This document shows positions 44,861 through 54,901 of a stretch of DNA of 58,486 nucleotides, in pieces. The stretch's first letter is position 1. Each line of letters opens with the position of its first letter. Source of the stretch: a virus. Its lineage: Duplodnaviria > Caudoviricetes. The notes under the pieces were generated by a model. The model was given only the letters and a program-made list of their open reading frames with translations, was not told the DNA's origin and did not search any database. Made by a program: the position numbers and the translations under genes. Location: positions 1 through 58,486 of IMG/VR virus record IMGVR_UViG_3300032246_000177, one strand, 5' to 3'.

Positions 44861-45466
44861 ATGCCAAGCAAATCTAAGAAGCAGCATAACTTTATGGCCG
44901 CTATTGCTCACTCACCAGAGTTTGCAAAGAAAGCTGGCGTACCTATGTCAGTTGGTAAAGATTTTATAACTGCCGATAAAGGCAAGAAATTTAAAGAAGG
45001 TGGAACCATGGCGCACAGTGAAAAAAGCGAAATGAAAGAAGATATTACGCAAGACAAAAAGCTTATTAAGAAAGCTTTTGGAATGCATGATAAGCAGTTA
45101 CACGAAAGTAAGAAGACTAACTTAACTAAATTAAAAGGTGGTGGTATGGCTAAGGAAACAATGGGTCCACGCACAATGGCGATGGATGTAGAAAAAGGCT
45201 CAAACAAATTATTAGCTCATGGTGAATCCGCTGTTCAAAAGCGTGGCCACACTAAGGGCATGGAAGAGCGTGACTACAAAGTTGAAAAGATTCAAGGTGG
45301 CGCTAAAGGCGGCAAAGGCACATTTGGTGCAGCTCCTATTAAAATGGCTAAAGGTGGTATGTGTGGTGGTGGTAAAACCATGAAAAAAATGTCTACTGGT
45401 GGATCTGCATCTAGCCGTGCTGATGGTATTGCTGCCAAAGGCAAAACTCGTGGAAAGATTTGCTAA
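44861..45466 (+). CDS. Basic low-complexity protein with xxGG motifs
   Basis: MPSKSKKQHNFMAA; FKEGG, MAKGG, MSTGG. Confidence 0.7.
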   Translation: MPSKSKKQHNFMAAIAHSPEFAKKAGVPMSVGKDFITADKGKKFKEGGTMAHSEKSEMKEDITQDKKLIKKAFGMHDKQLHESKKTNLTKLKGGGMAKETMGPRTMAMDVEKGSNKLLAHGESAVQKRGHTKGMEERDYKVEKIQGGAKGGKGTFGAAPIKMAKGGMCGGGKTMKKMSTGGSASSRADGIAAKGKTRGKIC

Positions 45467-45468
45467 TC

Positions 45469-45753
45469 ATGCCATACGAAGAGACTGGCAAAGAGAAGCT
45501 TAAACGTGAAGCCTATTACAAGGCTAACAAAGAACGTGGTATTCGTGCTGAAAAACAGCAAGAGTACGAACGCTTTGGCACAACCGAGCAGAACATTCCA
45601 CAGGTAAATCCTATGGGTGATGTTGTTACCCCTGCCGCCGCTGGTATGAAAAAAGGTGGTAAGGTTCGTGGTCACGGTTGCGAAACACGTGGAAAAACCA
45701 AAGGCACCATGATTACTATGTGTGGTGGCGGTTACGCTAAAGGCAAAAAATGA
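45469..45753 (+). CDS. Small basic protein
   Basis: MKKGGKVRGHG. Confidence 0.65.
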   Translation: MPYEETGKEKLKREAYYKANKERGIRAEKQQEYERFGTTEQNIPQVNPMGDVVTPAAAGMKKGGKVRGHGCETRGKTKGTMITMCGGGYAKGKK

Positions 45754-46007
45754 GACCATCTCGTGGAATGGGTGCAGTTATGCCTTCTAAGATGGGAAAG
45801 CCCGTAAAGAAAGCTCGTAGAGATAATACGGACTTTACTCAGTATGCTGAAGGTGGAGAAGTTTGGGATAAAAAGCGCCCTAAAGACTTAGGCGCTCCTA
45901 AGAAATTAGCTCCAGCAAAGAAAGCTAAAGCAAAAGCAATGGCTAAAGCTGCTGGTCGTCCGTATCCAAACCTCGTGGATAACATGAGAGCAGCAAGGAA
46001 AAAATAA
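45750..46007 (+). CDS. Small basic protein
   Basis: MRPSRGMG, YAEGG, GRPYPNLVDNM. Confidence 0.7.
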   Translation: MRPSRGMGAVMPSKMGKPVKKARRDNTDFTQYAEGGEVWDKKRPKDLGAPKKLAPAKKAKAKAMAKAAGRPYPNLVDNMRAARKK

Positions 46008-46183
46008 TGGCTACTAAGAATTGGATTAAAGACGCTATAAAGAAGCCTGGCGCACTGCGCAAAGAGCTTGGCGTTAAGGCTGGAGAAAAGATTCCAGCTA
46101 AGAAATTGGCGTCTGCAGCTAAGAAATCTGGTAAAATCGGTCAGCGAGCTAGACTTGCACAGACCCTTAAAGGCTTAAAATAA
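46007..46183 (+). CDS. Small basic protein (58 aa, not in ORF track)
   Basis: MATKNWIKDAIKKPGALR...RARLAQTLK; TAATG overlaps on both sides. Confidence 0.75.
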   Translation: MATKNWIKDAIKKPGALRKELGVKAGEKIPAKKLASAAKKSGKIGQRARLAQTLKGLK

Positions 46184-47118
46184 TGAGTACAACAGGTACC
46201 ACATCGTTTAATTTAGATGTAAACGATCTAATCGAAGAAGCATTCGAGCGCTGTGGTAAAGAGTTGCGTACTGGCTATGACTTTAAAACAGCCCGTAGAT
46301 CTCTTAACCTGTTAACCATTGAGTGGGCTAACCGTGGTATTAACCTTTGGACAGTTGAACAGGGCGTTATTCCAATGGTTACAGGACAGGCTATGTATCC
46401 TATTCCTGTAGATACCATAGACCTTATGGATACTGTTATCCGTCAAAACAACGGTACATCTAACCAAATTGATATCAATATCAGCCGTATCGCTGAGCCG
46501 ACCTATATAAGCCTGCCTAATAAGCTCGCACAGGGGCGCCCGATCCAAGTGTATATCAACCGTCAGTCAGGTCAAGAAAACGCCACAGACAAGCTTTTAG
46601 CGGCTAATATAAGCAGTTCCTCTACAACTATTACCTTATCATCTACCAATGGATTGGCTTCTGCTGGATTTATTAAGATTGGTACAGAAACAATCAGCTA
46701 TCCAAATGTTAGCGGAAACCAACTTTTAAACTGCGCTCGTGGTCAAAATAATACGACTGCTGCAGCTCATATTACTGGTGCTGCCATTACAGTTCAGAAC
46801 CTTCCGTCCATTAATGTATGGCCGACACCCAATGCACCTGGCAATCAGTACTTATTTGTTTATTACCGCCTGCGCCGCATCCAAGATGCTGGCTCTGGTG
46901 TGTATGTACAAGATATTCCATTCCGCTTTATTCCTTGCATGGTTGCTGGATTAGCTTATCAATTGGCAACAAAATTGCCAGACGTAGATATGAACCGCAT
47001 CCCAATGTTAAAAGCAGATTACGAACAACAATTCCAAATGGCAGCAGATGAAGATCGTGAGAAAGCTCCGATTCGATTTGTGCCTAGAATGTCGTTCTAT
47101 GGCGGAGGAGGCCGTTAA
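46183..47118 (+). CDS. Head-tail adaptor/head completion protein
   Basis: DLIEEAFERCG...ARRSLNLL..EWANRG. Confidence 0.7.
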   Translation: MSTTGTTSFNLDVNDLIEEAFERCGKELRTGYDFKTARRSLNLLTIEWANRGINLWTVEQGVIPMVTGQAMYPIPVDTIDLMDTVIRQNNGTSNQIDINISRIAEPTYISLPNKLAQGRPIQVYINRQSGQENATDKLLAANISSSSTTITLSSTNGLASAGFIKIGTETISYPNVSGNQLLNCARGQNNTTAAAHITGAAITVQNLPSINVWPTPNAPGNQYLFVYYRLRRIQDAGSGVYVQDIPFRFIPCMVAGLAYQLATKLPDVDMNRIPMLKADYEQQFQMAADEDREKAPIRFVPRMSFYGGGGR

Positions 47119-47120
47119 CC

Positions 47121-47546
47121 ATGCCGAATCAGTTTGCTTCGGGTAAATGGGCAATTGCAGAGTGCGATAGATGTGGTTTTAGGTACATGCTAAAAGAGCT
47201 TAGAACGGAGGTTGTAAAGACAAAGCCGTTCAAGATTAAAGTTTGTAGATCATGTTGGAACCCAGATCAACCTCAGTTACAATTGGGTATGTATCCGGTA
47301 AACGACCCGCAAGCGGTTCGAGAGCCTCGTCCTGACGTAAGTTATTTGCAGTCTGGTACTAATGGTTTACAGATTAATTTAACTGGTATTGGTCCAGATG
47401 GACTAGGCAACCCAGATATGGGTAGTAGGATCTTCCAGTGGGGATGGAACCCTGTCGGTGGATCAAGGTTATTTGACAATGGTTTAACGCCAAATGACTT
47501 GATAGGTAACACACAACTTGGTACAGTATCGGTTAGCATAACTTAG
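47121..47546 (+). CDS. Hypothetical protein with two CxxC motifs
   Basis: CDRCG...CRSC...DPQAVREPRPD. Confidence 0.7.
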   Translation: MPNQFASGKWAIAECDRCGFRYMLKELRTEVVKTKPFKIKVCRSCWNPDQPQLQLGMYPVNDPQAVREPRPDVSYLQSGTNGLQINLTGIGPDGLGNPDMGSRIFQWGWNPVGGSRLFDNGLTPNDLIGNTQLGTVSVSIT

Positions 47547-47554
47547 GAGTCATT

Positions 47555-47740
47555 ATGACATTCAAAAAAGCAGCAGACGGAGTAACAAAAACAGGAAAAA
47601 CCAAAGGTAAAAACCTTGGCGATTCAGGCCCAAATGTTGCCATTCAAACTGGCAAAAGTTCTAAAGGTGCATCTACCGTTACTGGCGCAGCAATGAAAGC
47701 TGTAGGCCGTAACCTAGCTCGTGCTAAAAATCAGGAGTAA
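47555..47740 (+). CDS. Small basic protein
   Basis: ADGVTKTGKTKG; GRNLARA. Confidence 0.7.
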   Translation: MTFKKAADGVTKTGKTKGKNLGDSGPNVAIQTGKSSKGASTVTGAAMKAVGRNLARAKNQE

Positions 47741-47742
47741 TC

Positions 47743-48090
47743 ATGGCTACTAATAAATCAGTTAAACCTACCAAAGCGGATAAGTATCCGTTAGGTCATG
47801 CTAAAGAAGCTAAAGACGCAAGCACTTGGTCATATAAGTTTCCAGAAAGTACTGGCACAGCCAAAGACATTGGTGTTTATGCCCAACCTGCGCCAAATAA
47901 AATGAGTGCAGATATTGGATATCAAACAAATCCAAATACACTCAAAGCTGATGAACACACTCCTGGTGGAATGCCAGCAATGCGTGTTTCTATTAGTAAC
48001 AATACTCGTGGTCCTAAGACTGAGGGTGTTACTATGCGTGGTTATGGCGCTGCAACCAAAGGTATTAAGTCTAGAGGCCCAATGGCATAA
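47743..48090 (+). CDS. Basic hypothetical protein
   Basis: MRGYGAATKG. Confidence 0.7.
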   Translation: MATNKSVKPTKADKYPLGHAKEAKDASTWSYKFPESTGTAKDIGVYAQPAPNKMSADIGYQTNPNTLKADEHTPGGMPAMRVSISNNTRGPKTEGVTMRGYGAATKGIKSRGPMA

Positions 48091-48794
48091 TGAATTACAG
48101 TGAACTTTTTCAGCAAGTACAAGCGTATACAGAGAATATATTTCCTGATACGCTAGTAGAGCTATCTGGAAGTGCTAACTCTAGCTTGGTTAATGTAACC
48201 ACGCAGATTAACACTTTCATTCAGCAGGCTGAAGAACGTATATACAATACTGTTCAAATTCCTTCTTTGCGTAAGAATGTTACTGGCAATTGCTCTAGTA
48301 CTAGCAAGTACTTAGCTTGCCCTAATGACTATCTGTCAACATATTCATTGGCTGTTATTCAGGAAGATGGTAGTTACGAATACTTACTTAACAAAGATGT
48401 TAACTTTATTCGTCAAGCATATCCAGATCCTACTGCTACTGGTTTGCCTCGTTATTATGCTTTGTTTGGATCTAGATTAAATGATCCTAATGAGCTAACC
48501 TTTATTCTTGGTCCTACACCTGACGCTGCTTATGGTGCTGAGTTGCATTATTTCTATTATCCAGAATCAATTGTTACCGCTGGTACTTCATGGCTTGGTG
48601 ATAACTATTCTCCTGCCTTGTTGTATGGAACGCTTGTTGAAGCGTATACCTACATGAAAGGTGAAGTAGATATGCTTAGTGCATACAACACTAAGTATCA
48701 AGAAGCATTACAACAGCTTAATCGTTTAGGAACAGGACTTGAAAGAGGCGACGCCTATAGAGACGGGCAAGCTAAGATTAAAGTAAACCCGTAA
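48090..48794 (+). CDS. Tail adaptor/tubular protein A-like
   Basis: FIQQAEERI...GPTPD...LLYGTLVEA. Confidence 0.7.
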   Translation: MNYSELFQQVQAYTENIFPDTLVELSGSANSSLVNVTTQINTFIQQAEERIYNTVQIPSLRKNVTGNCSSTSKYLACPNDYLSTYSLAVIQEDGSYEYLLNKDVNFIRQAYPDPTATGLPRYYALFGSRLNDPNELTFILGPTPDAAYGAELHYFYYPESIVTAGTSWLGDNYSPALLYGTLVEAYTYMKGEVDMLSAYNTKYQEALQQLNRLGTGLERGDAYRDGQAKIKVNP

Positions 48795-48817
48795 CACCAC
48801 TTATTTAGGAGTAAAAA

Positions 48818-49252
48818 ATGGCAATAACCCAAGCAATGTGTGACTCGTTTAAGGTGCAAATCCTTAGCGGTCAACAAAACTTAGTATCAGGCGCAAGCCC
48901 TGTATATAAATTAGCTTTGTACACTAGTTCAGCAACATTAAGTAATGCAACAGCTACTTATACTACGCTGAACGAAGTGTCTAGCTCTGGCTCTAATTAC
49001 ACTGCCGGTGGTAATACACTGACAATTAGTGCAAGCCCAGCTAGTACAGGTAACGTAGCATTCATGTCTTTTGCAAATAGCTCATGGACAAATGCAAACA
49101 TTACTGCTAACGGCGCTTTGATTTATAACAGCACTGCGAATACAGCAGTTGCGGTATTGGCTTTTGGCGCAGATAAAACTGCTACAAATGGTACTTTTAC
49201 TGTTATTTTCCCAACTGCCGACTCTACAAACGCTATCATCCGTATCGCCTAA
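48818..49252 (+). CDS. Tail structural protein
   Basis: KLALYTS...YTAGG...GALIYN. Confidence 0.7.
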   Translation: MAITQAMCDSFKVQILSGQQNLVSGASPVYKLALYTSSATLSNATATYTTLNEVSSSGSNYTAGGNTLTISASPASTGNVAFMSFANSSWTNANITANGALIYNSTANTAVAVLAFGADKTATNGTFTVIFPTADSTNAIIRIA

Positions 49253-49264
49253 TAGGAGCCTGAC

Positions 49265-50620
49265 GTGGCTCTTATTCTTTCGGATCGTGTAAAGGTCAAT
49301 ACCACTACAACTGGTACTGGCACGGTTGTTCTTGCGTCTACTGCACCGACTGGCTATCAGTCTTTTGCAGTTATTGGGGATAACAATACAACTTACTACA
49401 CCATTGCTGGTCAAACGACTTCAGAATGGGAAGTAGGTATTGGCACGTACTATTTAGCCAACAGTTCTTTATCTAGAACCACAATCCTTGCATCAAGTAA
49501 TGCTAATGCTGCCGTAACATTTAGCGCTGGAACAAAAGATGTATTTGTTACTTATCCTGCTGAAAAGTCTGTTAACTATGACGCAAGCAATTTAGTAACA
49601 TTTACAGATACAGCGTTTGTACTTGCAAACGCAACCGATTCTACTAAAAAAGCTAAGTTTGACGCATCTGGTATTAATACAGGGCAAACAATTCTTTATA
49701 CATTACCACAACCTCCAGCTAATGCGGCTGCATCTACACTGGTTGATTTGCAGTCTACTCAAGCAATTAATGGTGCAAAAACATTTACGGGTTTAAATCA
49801 AAACTTTGGATCGTCGACAGGCAATACAACAACAAACATAGCATACGGTGCGGCAGCTAGCGGAAACACAAAAACAGTTAATATAGGAACTGCTGGTTTA
49901 TCAGGATCTATAACAAATATTACGGTTGGATCTGCGAATAGTACGACTACTACGGTCTATGGTAATGTATTAGTAAACCAAGTTCTAACAGTTGGTGCTA
50001 ACTCCGCTTTAGGTGGCGTTACAAACCCAGTTGTTGCTATGACTGGAAGTGCTAATAACTATATTCAAGGATATATTTACAACCTAAGTAACCTAGCATA
50101 TTCTTCTGCGGATATGGTTGTTTATCCAAACAATGGTACGGATACTGCTGGTTGGGTTGACATGGGTATTACAAGCTTGGCATACAACCAAGCAGCGTAC
50201 GCTGTAACAGGCCCAAATGAAGGCTATATCTTCATGTCTGCGCCAGCAAATACATCATCTGGTAACTTGGTATTTGCAACCGATTCTACTGGCGCTGTCA
50301 ATGCAATGCAGTTTTACACTGGCGGTTTTGCTCAGACTAAAGCTAACGTAGCAATGACATTGAGCAACGCCGGAACATTGACTGTTAAAGGTTCAATTAA
50401 AGCAAACTCTACTGGCTTTATATTTCCAGATAATACAACTCAGTCAAGCGCAGCGGTAAGTCCATATGCTGGTAATAGCTCAATTGTTTTAAACAACGTA
50501 AACATTACTTCAAATGCAAACATAGCCGCTGGCCAAAACGGATTTTCAGTAGGTCCAGTAACAACTGCAAATGGTGTATCTGTAACCATTGCTAGCGGAC
50601 AACGATGGGTGGTTATCTAA
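49265..50620 (+). CDS. Tail fibre protein
   Basis: DRVK..TTTGTG...WEVGIGTY...KDVFVTYPA N-terminal anchor, followed by S/T/N-rich beta segments. Confidence 0.75.
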   Translation: MALILSDRVKVNTTTTGTGTVVLASTAPTGYQSFAVIGDNNTTYYTIAGQTTSEWEVGIGTYYLANSSLSRTTILASSNANAAVTFSAGTKDVFVTYPAEKSVNYDASNLVTFTDTAFVLANATDSTKKAKFDASGINTGQTILYTLPQPPANAAASTLVDLQSTQAINGAKTFTGLNQNFGSSTGNTTTNIAYGAAASGNTKTVNIGTAGLSGSITNITVGSANSTTTTVYGNVLVNQVLTVGANSALGGVTNPVVAMTGSANNYIQGYIYNLSNLAYSSADMVVYPNNGTDTAGWVDMGITSLAYNQAAYAVTGPNEGYIFMSAPANTSSGNLVFATDSTGAVNAMQFYTGGFAQTKANVAMTLSNAGTLTVKGSIKANSTGFIFPDNTTQSSAAVSPYAGNSSIVLNNVNITSNANIAAGQNGFSVGPVTTANGVSVTIASGQRWVVI

Positions 50621-50866
50621 ATGTCTACCATTACTATTGGAAACGGCGTTGCTAATGCTGTAACCTATACGGCAGATACAACTGGAAACTTGGTGTTTAC
50701 TGCTACGGGTGGAGTAGTTAATGCATCTTCTATGAACGGTGCTGTTGCAATACCGTCTGGTACAACTAATAATAGACCTACTGGTGTAAACGGAATTATT
50801 CGATATAACACATCAACAGCTAATCTTGAAGCCTATGTCGGCGGATCTTGGGTAACTTTTCCTTAA
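50621..50866 (+). CDS. Short fibre-module protein
   Basis: PSGTTNNRP...GIIRYNT module only. Confidence 0.7.
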   Translation: MSTITIGNGVANAVTYTADTTGNLVFTATGGVVNASSMNGAVAIPSGTTNNRPTGVNGIIRYNTSTANLEAYVGGSWVTFP

Positions 50867-50868
50867 TT

Positions 50869-51867
50869 ATGTCTACTATTAGCACAGGAAACACCACATC
50901 TACAGCCATTGTTATTACTGGTGATACAACCGGTAATTTGGTTTTGTCTGCTACAAGCAATCTTGTTAGCATGAGTACAAATACTGGCGGTTTTGCATGC
51001 CCTACGGGAACTACAGCTCAACGCCCTGCGTCCCCAACCAACGGCATGATTAGATATAACACCGATTCTGGATATGGTTTAGAAGGTTATATTGGTGGCG
51101 CATGGACGACTATTAAATCAGCTACATACACGGCTCAATATTTAGTGGTTGCTGGTGGTGGTAATGGTGGTGGACCCGGCGGTGGCGCTGGTGGTCGTTT
51201 AACTAGTACTGCAACATTAACTCCTGGAACCGTATATACCATCACTATTGGTGGTTCTGCGTCAAACTCTAGTATTACTGGATCTGGATTGTCTTCAATC
51301 ATTGCTGTTGGTGGTGGTAGTGGTAACGGTAATGGTGGTTCTGGTGGTGGTGAAGATAGAAACCAAGGCACTAGAGGCACTGGATACGGTACTGGTATTC
51401 CGGGACAAGGTAATAATGGTGGTTTAAGAGATGGAACAATTGGTAACGCTAACGGTGGTGGCGGTGGAGCTGGTGCTGTTGGAGGAGATGGTTCTGGTAC
51501 AACCGGCGGTGCTGGCGGTGCTGGATCGGCTAACCCAATAACTGGATCTACTGTTGGTCAAAATTCAGGCGGAACATACTATATTGCTGGTGGTGGCGGA
51601 GGCGGAGGTCTTGGCGCTGGCGGTGCTGGTGGTTTAGGTGGTGGTGGCGCAGGAACAACAAGTACTGGAGGCGGTAACGGAACGGCTAATACTGGTGGCG
51701 GTGGTGGAGGTATTATTGCAAGCGGTCCCGGTAACGGCGGTTCTGGTGTAGCCGTACTTTCTGTACCAACGGCAAGCTACTCAGGAGTGTATACAAACGC
51801 TACAATTACTACTTCTGGTTCTAATACACTACTTACATTTACAACTAGCGGTACATATACAGCTTAA
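50869..51867 (+). CDS. Gly-rich tail adhesin-like protein (paralog 1)
   Basis: GTT..RP..NGMIRYN module plus YLVVAGGG...GSGV Gly-rich domain. Confidence 0.75.
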   Translation: MSTISTGNTTSTAIVITGDTTGNLVLSATSNLVSMSTNTGGFACPTGTTAQRPASPTNGMIRYNTDSGYGLEGYIGGAWTTIKSATYTAQYLVVAGGGNGGGPGGGAGGRLTSTATLTPGTVYTITIGGSASNSSITGSGLSSIIAVGGGSGNGNGGSGGGEDRNQGTRGTGYGTGIPGQGNNGGLRDGTIGNANGGGGGAGAVGGDGSGTTGGAGGAGSANPITGSTVGQNSGGTYYIAGGGGGGGLGAGGAGGLGGGGAGTTSTGGGNGTANTGGGGGGIIASGPGNGGSGVAVLSVPTASYSGVYTNATITTSGSNTLLTFTTSGTYTA

Positions 51868-51882
51868 AAGGAGCAATAAAAC

Positions 51883-52290
51883 ATGTCATATTTTGCAAAA
51901 TGCGAGGCAACTTCAGAAGCCTCTAAGTTCTTAGTAACTGAAGTTATCGCTGCGGATCAAGAATTTGTTGATGGGCAACCTGGTTTTTGGGTACAGACGT
52001 CATACAACACTTATGGAAACGTGCATTACGCACCATCTCCTCCCGCAGAACCTCATACACCTGATGGCGGAATCCCACTCCGTGCTAACTATGCGGGTAT
52101 TGGTTTTACATACGATAACTCTTATGTTATTGACGGCGTTGTTGGTGTGTTTTATGCACCGCAGCCATACCCATCTTGGATCTTAAATACTTCAACCTTC
52201 TTATGGGAAGCTCCAGTACCTTATCCAACAGATGGCGGCGTATACACATGGGATGAAGCTACTCAATCTTGGGTTTTAGTAACACCTTAA
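51883..52290 (+). CDS. Tail fibre-associated protein
   Basis: WVQTSYN, NYAGIG, PQPYPSW and YTWDE. Confidence 0.7.
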   Translation: MSYFAKCEATSEASKFLVTEVIAADQEFVDGQPGFWVQTSYNTYGNVHYAPSPPAEPHTPDGGIPLRANYAGIGFTYDNSYVIDGVVGVFYAPQPYPSWILNTSTFLWEAPVPYPTDGGVYTWDEATQSWVLVTP

Positions 52291-52299
52291 GGACTTGCC

Positions 52300-52761
52300 A
52301 TGACGGTTATTGTTGACGGAACAAATGGAATAACTTCTTCGGGTGGCGATACAAATGCAACTTTGTCTTCAAGCACGTCTATTACAACCCCTATATTAAA
52401 ATCTACTACCGCAAACGCAGCAACATTTCAAAATACTAGCGGTGTACAGATAGGTATATTGTGTCGTGCTTGGATTTATTTGTATGACAATGGGACTACT
52501 GTAACCATCAACAATTCGTTTAATGTTGCAAACGTAACTCGCACCGCTACTTGTGACTATACGATTAACTTTACTAATGCTATGCCATCCGCTAACTATG
52601 CGGTTGTTGGTACTGCTGGTTTAAATACAACGTCTATGCGTAACGTAGCATTACCTTGGAATACAACCCCTCCTGGTACTGGTTCTTTTAGAATACAAAT
52701 TGTGACTGCTGACGGTTCTTTAGGCCCTAATGGTGTACTCTGTGTATCTGTTTTTGCATAG
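52300..52761 (+). CDS. Tail fibre-associated protein
   Basis: RAWI...SFNV...YTINFTNAM...NY. Confidence 0.7.
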   Translation: MTVIVDGTNGITSSGGDTNATLSSSTSITTPILKSTTANAATFQNTSGVQIGILCRAWIYLYDNGTTVTINNSFNVANVTRTATCDYTINFTNAMPSANYAVVGTAGLNTTSMRNVALPWNTTPPGTGSFRIQIVTADGSLGPNGVLCVSVFA

Positions 52762-52764
52762 CTT

Positions 52765-53838
52765 ATGTCCACAATCAATGCACAAGCCGGAAATTCTTCA
52801 TCCATCTCAGCTATTATTAAAAGTTCTGATGGTACGGCTAACCTTGCGTTGCAAACAAATGGATCTAATGCGGTAGTAATAAACAACACTCAAGATGCTA
52901 ATTTTACTTCTACTGGCGCTGTAACGCTTCCTGCTGGTACAACTAACAATAGACCTACTGCTGTTAACGGCATGATTAGGTATAACACAACATACTCACT
53001 GATTGAGGCTTATGTAAATGGAGCGTGGGTTGCTGTTACTGGATCTTATACTTATGATGTGTCCTACCTTATAGTTTCTGGAGGTGCTTCAGGTGGTGCT
53101 TCTACGTATGCATCTGGATCAGGAGCTGGTGGGGGTGGTGGTGGTGCTGGTGGTTTGTTAACTGGAACTACTACACTAAGTATTGGAACGGCTTATACAA
53201 TTACTGTTGGTGGTGGCGGGGCAGGAGTTGGAGGTTCAGCAAATAATTATTTTCAAGGAAACCAAGGTTCAAACTCTTCTGCATTTAGTTTAACTGCTGT
53301 TGGCGGTGGAGCTGGTGCAAGTCCGGGCGGCGTGGGTATTGCTGGAGGTTCTGGCGGCGGTGGTGGTTATATAGGAGCAGGAGGAGCGGCAACATCAGGT
53401 CAGGGTAATGCCGGAGGTAGTGGGCAAGGCGGTACACAACCCTATACTGGCGGTGGTGGAGGAGGCGCTGGACAAGCTGGTAATACTGGTGGTCAAGGTG
53501 TTGGCGGTAATGGTAGTGCATCATCTATTACAGGATCTTCCATAACATATGCTGGTGGTGGCGGAGCATCTAACTATAGCGGTGGAGCTTATGCCGGTGG
53601 ATCTGGTGGTGGTGGCACTGGTGGTACAAACGGCACAAATGGCTCTACTAATTTAGGTGGTGGCGGTGGCGCAGCGGGTGGTGGTACATATACATCTGGA
53701 GCTGGCGGTTCTGGCGTTGTTATTGTTTCTATACCAACAACTAGTTATTCAAATGTAACGACTGGCTCTCCAACAGTAACAACATCAGGTTCAAATACAA
53801 TTTTAAAATACACAGCATCTGGGACATATACAGCATGA
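52765..53838 (+). CDS. Gly-rich tail adhesin-like protein (paralog 2)
   Basis: Same architecture as 50869. Confidence 0.75.
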   Translation: MSTINAQAGNSSSISAIIKSSDGTANLALQTNGSNAVVINNTQDANFTSTGAVTLPAGTTNNRPTAVNGMIRYNTTYSLIEAYVNGAWVAVTGSYTYDVSYLIVSGGASGGASTYASGSGAGGGGGGAGGLLTGTTTLSIGTAYTITVGGGGAGVGGSANNYFQGNQGSNSSAFSLTAVGGGAGASPGGVGIAGGSGGGGGYIGAGGAATSGQGNAGGSGQGGTQPYTGGGGGGAGQAGNTGGQGVGGNGSASSITGSSITYAGGGGASNYSGGAYAGGSGGGGTGGTNGTNGSTNLGGGGGAAGGGTYTSGAGGSGVVIVSIPTTSYSNVTTGSPTVTTSGSNTILKYTASGTYTA

Positions 53839-54899
53839 CAACTTTTATTAATGCTTCTACATCTGGGTTAACAGAAATGGCTGATGCTTCTGGGGTACTT
53901 CAACTTCAGACTGCAAACACTGCTGCTATTACTATTGGTACAGATCAAAATGCAAACTTTACTTCTACTGGCGCAGTTATTTTGCCTAATGGAACTACTA
54001 ATAATAGACCGACTGGCGTTAATGGCATGATTCGTTACAACACTACAAGTGCGGTTTTGGAAGGTTATATTAACGGCGCATGGATCACCATTAAATCATC
54101 AACATATACAGCATCTTATTTAATTGTGGCTGGAGGTGGTGGCGGTGGTAATAGAGCGCAAAGAGGTGGCGGTGGCGGTGGCGCAGGAGGATTACTAGCT
54201 AATACAACAACTTTAATTGGTGGAACTGTATATACATTTACTGTTGGGGCTGGCGGTGCTGGTGCAGCGGCTGGAGTTAATACATCAGGAGCGCAAGGAT
54301 CTAATTCTTCAGCATTTAGTTTAACTGCCATAGGCGGTGGTTATGGCGATGCTTTTGGAGCTGGAGGTGCTGGTGGTTCGGGAGGCGGCGGATCTGGCGC
54401 TGGAGGCGCTGGTGGATCTGCTACATCAGGACAAGGGTCAGTAGGCGGCGCTGGCGGCGGATCTTACGGTGGTGGAGGTGGCGGGGGTGCTGGTGGTGGC
54501 GGCACGGATGGAGTAACGCAACAAGGCGGTCCCGGAGGAAATGGTTTAGCCTCTTCTATTACTGGAAGCTCAGTAACTCGTGCTGGTGGTGGTGGCGGTT
54601 GTGGTACTAATGCCGCTTCTAATGCTGGTAGTGGTGGTGCTGGAGGAACTGGTGGTGGCGGTGCGGGTTCTGGTGCAAGAGATACAGGACCTAATGCTTC
54701 AAGCGGCACAGTAAATACAGGCGGTGGTGGCGGTGGCGCAGATACTCAAGCATCTGGAGCAGGTGGGTCTGGTGTAATAGTTCTTTCTGTACCAACTACA
54801 AACTATTCATCTACATATACTGGTTCAAACGTTTCTGTAACAACAAGCGGAGCAAATACAATTATGCAATTTTTCTCTAGTGGCACTTACACAGCCTAA
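53835..54899 (+). CDS. Gly-rich tail adhesin-like protein (paralog 3)
   Basis: Same architecture as 50869. Confidence 0.75.
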   Translation: MTTFINASTSGLTEMADASGVLQLQTANTAAITIGTDQNANFTSTGAVILPNGTTNNRPTGVNGMIRYNTTSAVLEGYINGAWITIKSSTYTASYLIVAGGGGGGNRAQRGGGGGGAGGLLANTTTLIGGTVYTFTVGAGGAGAAAGVNTSGAQGSNSSAFSLTAIGGGYGDAFGAGGAGGSGGGGSGAGGAGGSATSGQGSVGGAGGGSYGGGGGGGAGGGGTDGVTQQGGPGGNGLASSITGSSVTRAGGGGGCGTNAASNAGSGGAGGTGGGGAGSGARDTGPNASSGTVNTGGGGGGADTQASGAGGSGVIVLSVPTTNYSSTYTGSNVSVTTSGANTIMQFFSSGTYTA

Positions 54900-54901
54900 T
54901 T

